Source: Fistulifera solaris
Taxonomy: Eukaryota
NCBI GenBank assembly: GCA_030295235.1
Contig: AP026126.1
Coordinates: 1,364,001-1,428,000, forward strand
Direction of reading: 5' to 3'
Length of the DNA: 64,000 bases
Below the pieces are notes generated by a model. The model had not been told where the DNA came from and did no database searches. It worked only from the letters and a program-made list of their open reading frames with translations. The position numbers and the translations under genes are program-made. Positions 60,577-64,000 of the stretch are shown in pieces; within the stretch, counting starts at the first letter, position 1, and each line of letters begins with the position of its first letter.

Positions 60577-61385
60577 TCGGTAAAAGTCCTAGGGGTGCTA
60601 CGTGAAACGTGAATCTTACGTAGACCGAAGCATTGTATCTTTGCTATTTTTTACGTTTCGATTTCAAATCGATTGTGAACATCGTTTTTAATAGTGCGAC
60701 TTACCAATGTGGGTTCAGAATTTCACTGCATTATGGAAAGTCTTGAATCATCATCAGAAAATATCCCAGTATCCCTTTGTCGATAAATTTCCCTACGAGA
60801 GCTACGTGAACTTTACGTAAACATTCGAAGCGTCGCATCGTTCGTTTTTTTCGTATTGATGTCAATCTAATGTCAGCTGTCGTTTCTTGGCACTATAAGC
60901 GATGAAGGTATTGGTGCACAATCGGCCTGAAAATGGTGGCATCGAAGTTTATGATTTTCTACTGAAATGTCCGCCTGCCTCCTGTGTCAATAAATTCCCC
61001 TTCGAGAGCTACGTGGACTGTACGTAACATTCGAAGCATCGCATCTGTTGTCCTCTTCATGTTGGGTGGGCTGTGTTCTTTCGTTTTTCGCCACGACTGC
61101 ACTTCAGTCATGACTACATATGCTTTGGAGCGACCATGCTGCCTCCAATACCAGGTACAAGTACGTTCGTTTAGCAGATTTTTTTGTTTTGGAAACCATT
61201 TGTCGTTATTGCAGTGAAATAGGCTTTAGCAGCGCTTGTACTACACGCCTTAATATTTGTATGTCGAAAGCCTTGTCTATGGTAAATACGCAGTTCACGT
61301 TTCGCAAGCCTTAATCTTATGACTGATCTACATCGATAAAATTCCTACTGGGGCTACGTGAACTTTACTTTCGAAACAATGCAAC
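60577..61385. repeat. Four degenerate copies of a ~60-bp motif in a divergent intergenic region
   Basis: Copies start near 60577, 60780, 60987 and 61333. Consensus TCGATAAAWTTCCCTACGRGRGCTACGTGAACTTTACGTAAACATTCGAAGCRTYGCATC. Confidence 0.85.
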
Positions 61386-61752
61386 TACATCAATTCTTTG
61401 TTTTGGCAATTAAATACAGTCCAATGGTGTCAACTACGATGATTTTACCATGTTTGGAGAAGTTGAATTCACGTGTGAGCCAAGCTGATCCAAAAGTTAG
61501 CATGAAACGGCAAGGATAGGACGTAAGCATGGTAAATATTTGTCATTTTGATATTTGGTACGACTTAAGCGGATTGCAGTCCCACGTGAATGGTCGAATG
61601 AATTCGTTTTTGCTTGTTGGTTGTTGATAAAGAAGTGCTGGTTGTGGTCTTTATTTGGTTTTTAGAAAATTAAAGCGTAACACCGATACTGCTTTCACTA
61701 ATAAGCACTTCAATTTAGCGTGAACGACCCGCTTCCAAGTATCTGCGCGCTC

Positions 61753-63509
61753 ATGAGTCCACCGAAGAAGCGTGTCAAACTCGCCGCCGCTGCAGCAGAT
61801 GCTGCTGCTGCAGCGGAGAGCTCTTTATCGGGTGATGTCAATTTGGAAAGCATTGACGGCTTGTTCTCTAAAATAATTTCCAAGCTGAAAACCATGAATT
61901 CTGGAAATGCAAAAGAGGATGGTACGAATCTCATGTTGTCTTTCATGAAACTTAAGGCGTGGCAGAATGAACTTCTAGAGAAGCTCGACGTATCTCAAAC
62001 GGAGCTGACACAGGCTATCACAAGGAAGGAACGACAAGAGCGAGCTCTAGCAGCCTTAGTCTACGAGAAAGATCAGCTAGATCGAGAGCTTGTTCAGTGT
62101 CGAGAATTCGAGTTAAAATACTTGAAAAAATTAGCCGGCGAGGAGGTAGGACCCGATTGTGACGGTAACACAGAAACGTTTGACCAAGAAGCCCTGTTTG
62201 TAAAATACTTGAACGCAAATGTTCACGATCCAAATGACAAGCAGAAAATTATCGCTACTCTGCATCAGGAAATCACGGCTCGCGGAAGTTTTGAAAGAGA
62301 CCTCAAACTTAATGAGGGTCAGCTAGAACGGATCAAAAAAGATCTGGCCATTAATGCTTCATTCCTCAAAAGTCTCCCAGATAATCTGTCCGTCATCGAA
62401 AGGGCGACGATGCCTTTGCAAAAATTCATGGCTCACAAAACACCGCAAGGAACATTGCCCGTTGCAAGAATGATTGGCACGGACCGGAGACGTCGTTTGG
62501 ATTTGGCTCGATTATTATGTGGACCTCTCTATACCTTGTTCGCACAACTGCAACATTATCTGGATCGCCCCGTTAGACCGGAGTCTGCAGGCAATTCGTT
62601 TCTATCGTGCGCGGAAACAATGTCGCTGAGTATCTCGCCGGATGATTCCACGCACAGTGAGGTTATCCTGCATATTCCGATTCCCAACATATTAAATTCA
62701 TCGACCGCACCAGGACAAACCAAAAAGTTTTAATTCACTTCCGCTACTACGAAAAGCATAATGTTATCACTGCATTTGCTAGCGGTGCAAAAACAACACT
62801 GAATCAGGAGATTCTTCTCGATGAACTTTTTCCAAACGATTATCCGGATTCAATTGCCGATACAGACGGAAGACCTTACCACTGGTGTAACTACCTTGGA
62901 GGTTTGCATGTTACCTACAAAAAACAAGAAAGCACGAGTCTTGGAGTTGTTTTGAGAGCCCTTGAACGACGCATACGGGCCAACGAGACGCTGAAGCATA
63001 TATTACATCAGCTAGAGAGGTGCTATGTGCCACAGACTTCTGGAAAAGAGACGCCTTGTCGACTTATCAAATTTGAAGCGACAGAGGAAGGAGAAAACAA
63101 CAAAAGATCATTGGAAAAGACCTACACAGTAGTGTTCGTTCCAAGAACGAGTGACGCTCAATTTATTGTCTCGGTATGTATCCATATGGCGCGCTATCCT
63201 GCAGTCCCTCCACGTTGGATGCTGAGTGGCAGCCATTTGGTTACATCCAACGACTGGAATGTAACCGATTCACCTCTTTACGATACGCATCTGGCTTCGT
63301 TGGAACGTTATGTCAACGCAGATGGATTAGTTGAGCTTCTGCAAAATAGTTTGTCGCCAATAAGAAACGACGAGGCAAATTACGAATGGATTCTTCTATA
63401 CCAGCTTCGATGTATTTGCGAACGCATTGCAACTAACTATAACGTTTCCCAAGCCGGTACTCGGCAGTTCAAAGGTCGCGATCATGCTCCAATCGACACT
63501 CAAAATTAA
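61753..63509 (+). CDS. THOC5: THO complex subunit 5
   Basis: LVYEKDQLDRELVQCREF, LHQEITAR, FLKSLPDNLSVIERATMPLQ and LARLLCGPLYTLFAQL. After a slip at an A-run near 62725: LDELFPND..GRPYHWCNYLGGL. Confidence 0.85.
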
Positions 63510-63649
63510 CTCTGTTTTAAACACCTTTCCATTATTTATTCGTAGCGCTTTCTTTGTAAAGAAATTCGGAAGAGGATTTTTATCGTAATATACAGCTATC
63601 CCGTTTGCGTAATTGGGTTGAACTCGCCCCAATCAGTCAGGCCAAGATT

Positions 63650-64000
63650 ACAAAATTCTACATTCCACCATCTCCAACGGCCTGACCCTGTTTTTGTTTT
63701 TCGATAGCACGCGCCAGCTCGGAACCCTCAATCGTACCGTCCAGGTGGGTATTCGTAATTCGCTGATTTTTTCTTTTCGTAGTATCGTCTTTTCTTTGGC
63801 TTGCCATCGTTGTCTAGATTGGTGCCCGTCCTGCTCAACCGTGGTCGCCGCACTGTTTCTCCGGGATCCAAAAGCTTGTGCTCTCGTAACTTTTGCTCCA
63901 GTTCGTGATCAGACTTTGGAACCTCTTTGCGCGTGGCCAGGTACATATCCCTGACATCCAGTGTGCAGCCATGACGACGCGCGTGATTATAAAGAGACAG
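63650..64000 (-). CDS. 3' end of an unidentified gene entering from the right edge
   Basis: Open, basic/charged reading (YLATRKEVPKSDHELEQKLREHKLLDPGE...) convergent with THOC5. The exact stop is uncertain. Confidence 0.35.

Noticed and set aside
60577..61385. CRISPR array
   Set aside because: Repeats are long and degenerate, spacers are 140-290 bp and partly related, there are no cas genes, and the context is eukaryotic.
5617..63509. Frameshifts in UTP11, APX, APC1, EndoU, Nup160, the channel gene, LSM2, ATG11, DAG lipase, the HMA protein, the esterase and THOC5 as programmed frameshifting or mass pseudogenisation
   Set aside because: They are isolated 1-nt indels, mostly at homopolymer runs, in essential genes with otherwise intact motifs. 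That is the usual signature of unpolished long-read consensus errors.

Overview
Gene-dense eukaryotic nuclear DNA, most likely from a diatom. Support for this: short GT-AG introns, several bipartite signal-peptide + 'A-F' (ASAFAP-like) plastid presequences, and no operons. It holds about 27 protein genes, mostly housekeeping: cyclophilin-SYF2, Nup93, UTP11, peroxiredoxin, APX, RING E3, APC1, MCM9, EndoU, DUF1350, a bromodomain protein, Nup160, an ankyrin/TRP-like channel, ATG4, LSM2, ATG11, NTAQ1, uridine kinase, DAG lipase, ClpP, an HMA protein, a carboxylesterase and THOC5. There is also a decayed LMF pseudogene. Many essential genes carry single-base frameshifts, often at homopolymers, which points to uncorrected assembly indels. 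The main finding is a circularly permuted tRNA-Ile(UAU) gene at 37339-37419 (minus strand): its 3' half lies upstream of its 5' half, complementary flanks rebuild a tRNA-splicing junction at 37/38, and a T5 terminator follows. Other findings: a plastid-targeted selenocysteine peroxiredoxin (in-frame TGA at the catalytic site, two candidate SECIS elements), an EndoU with a duplicated N-terminal domain, a MITE-like inverted repeat, and a four-copy degenerate repeat array in a divergent intergenic region. All family assignments come from recognising motifs by eye; no database searches were run.
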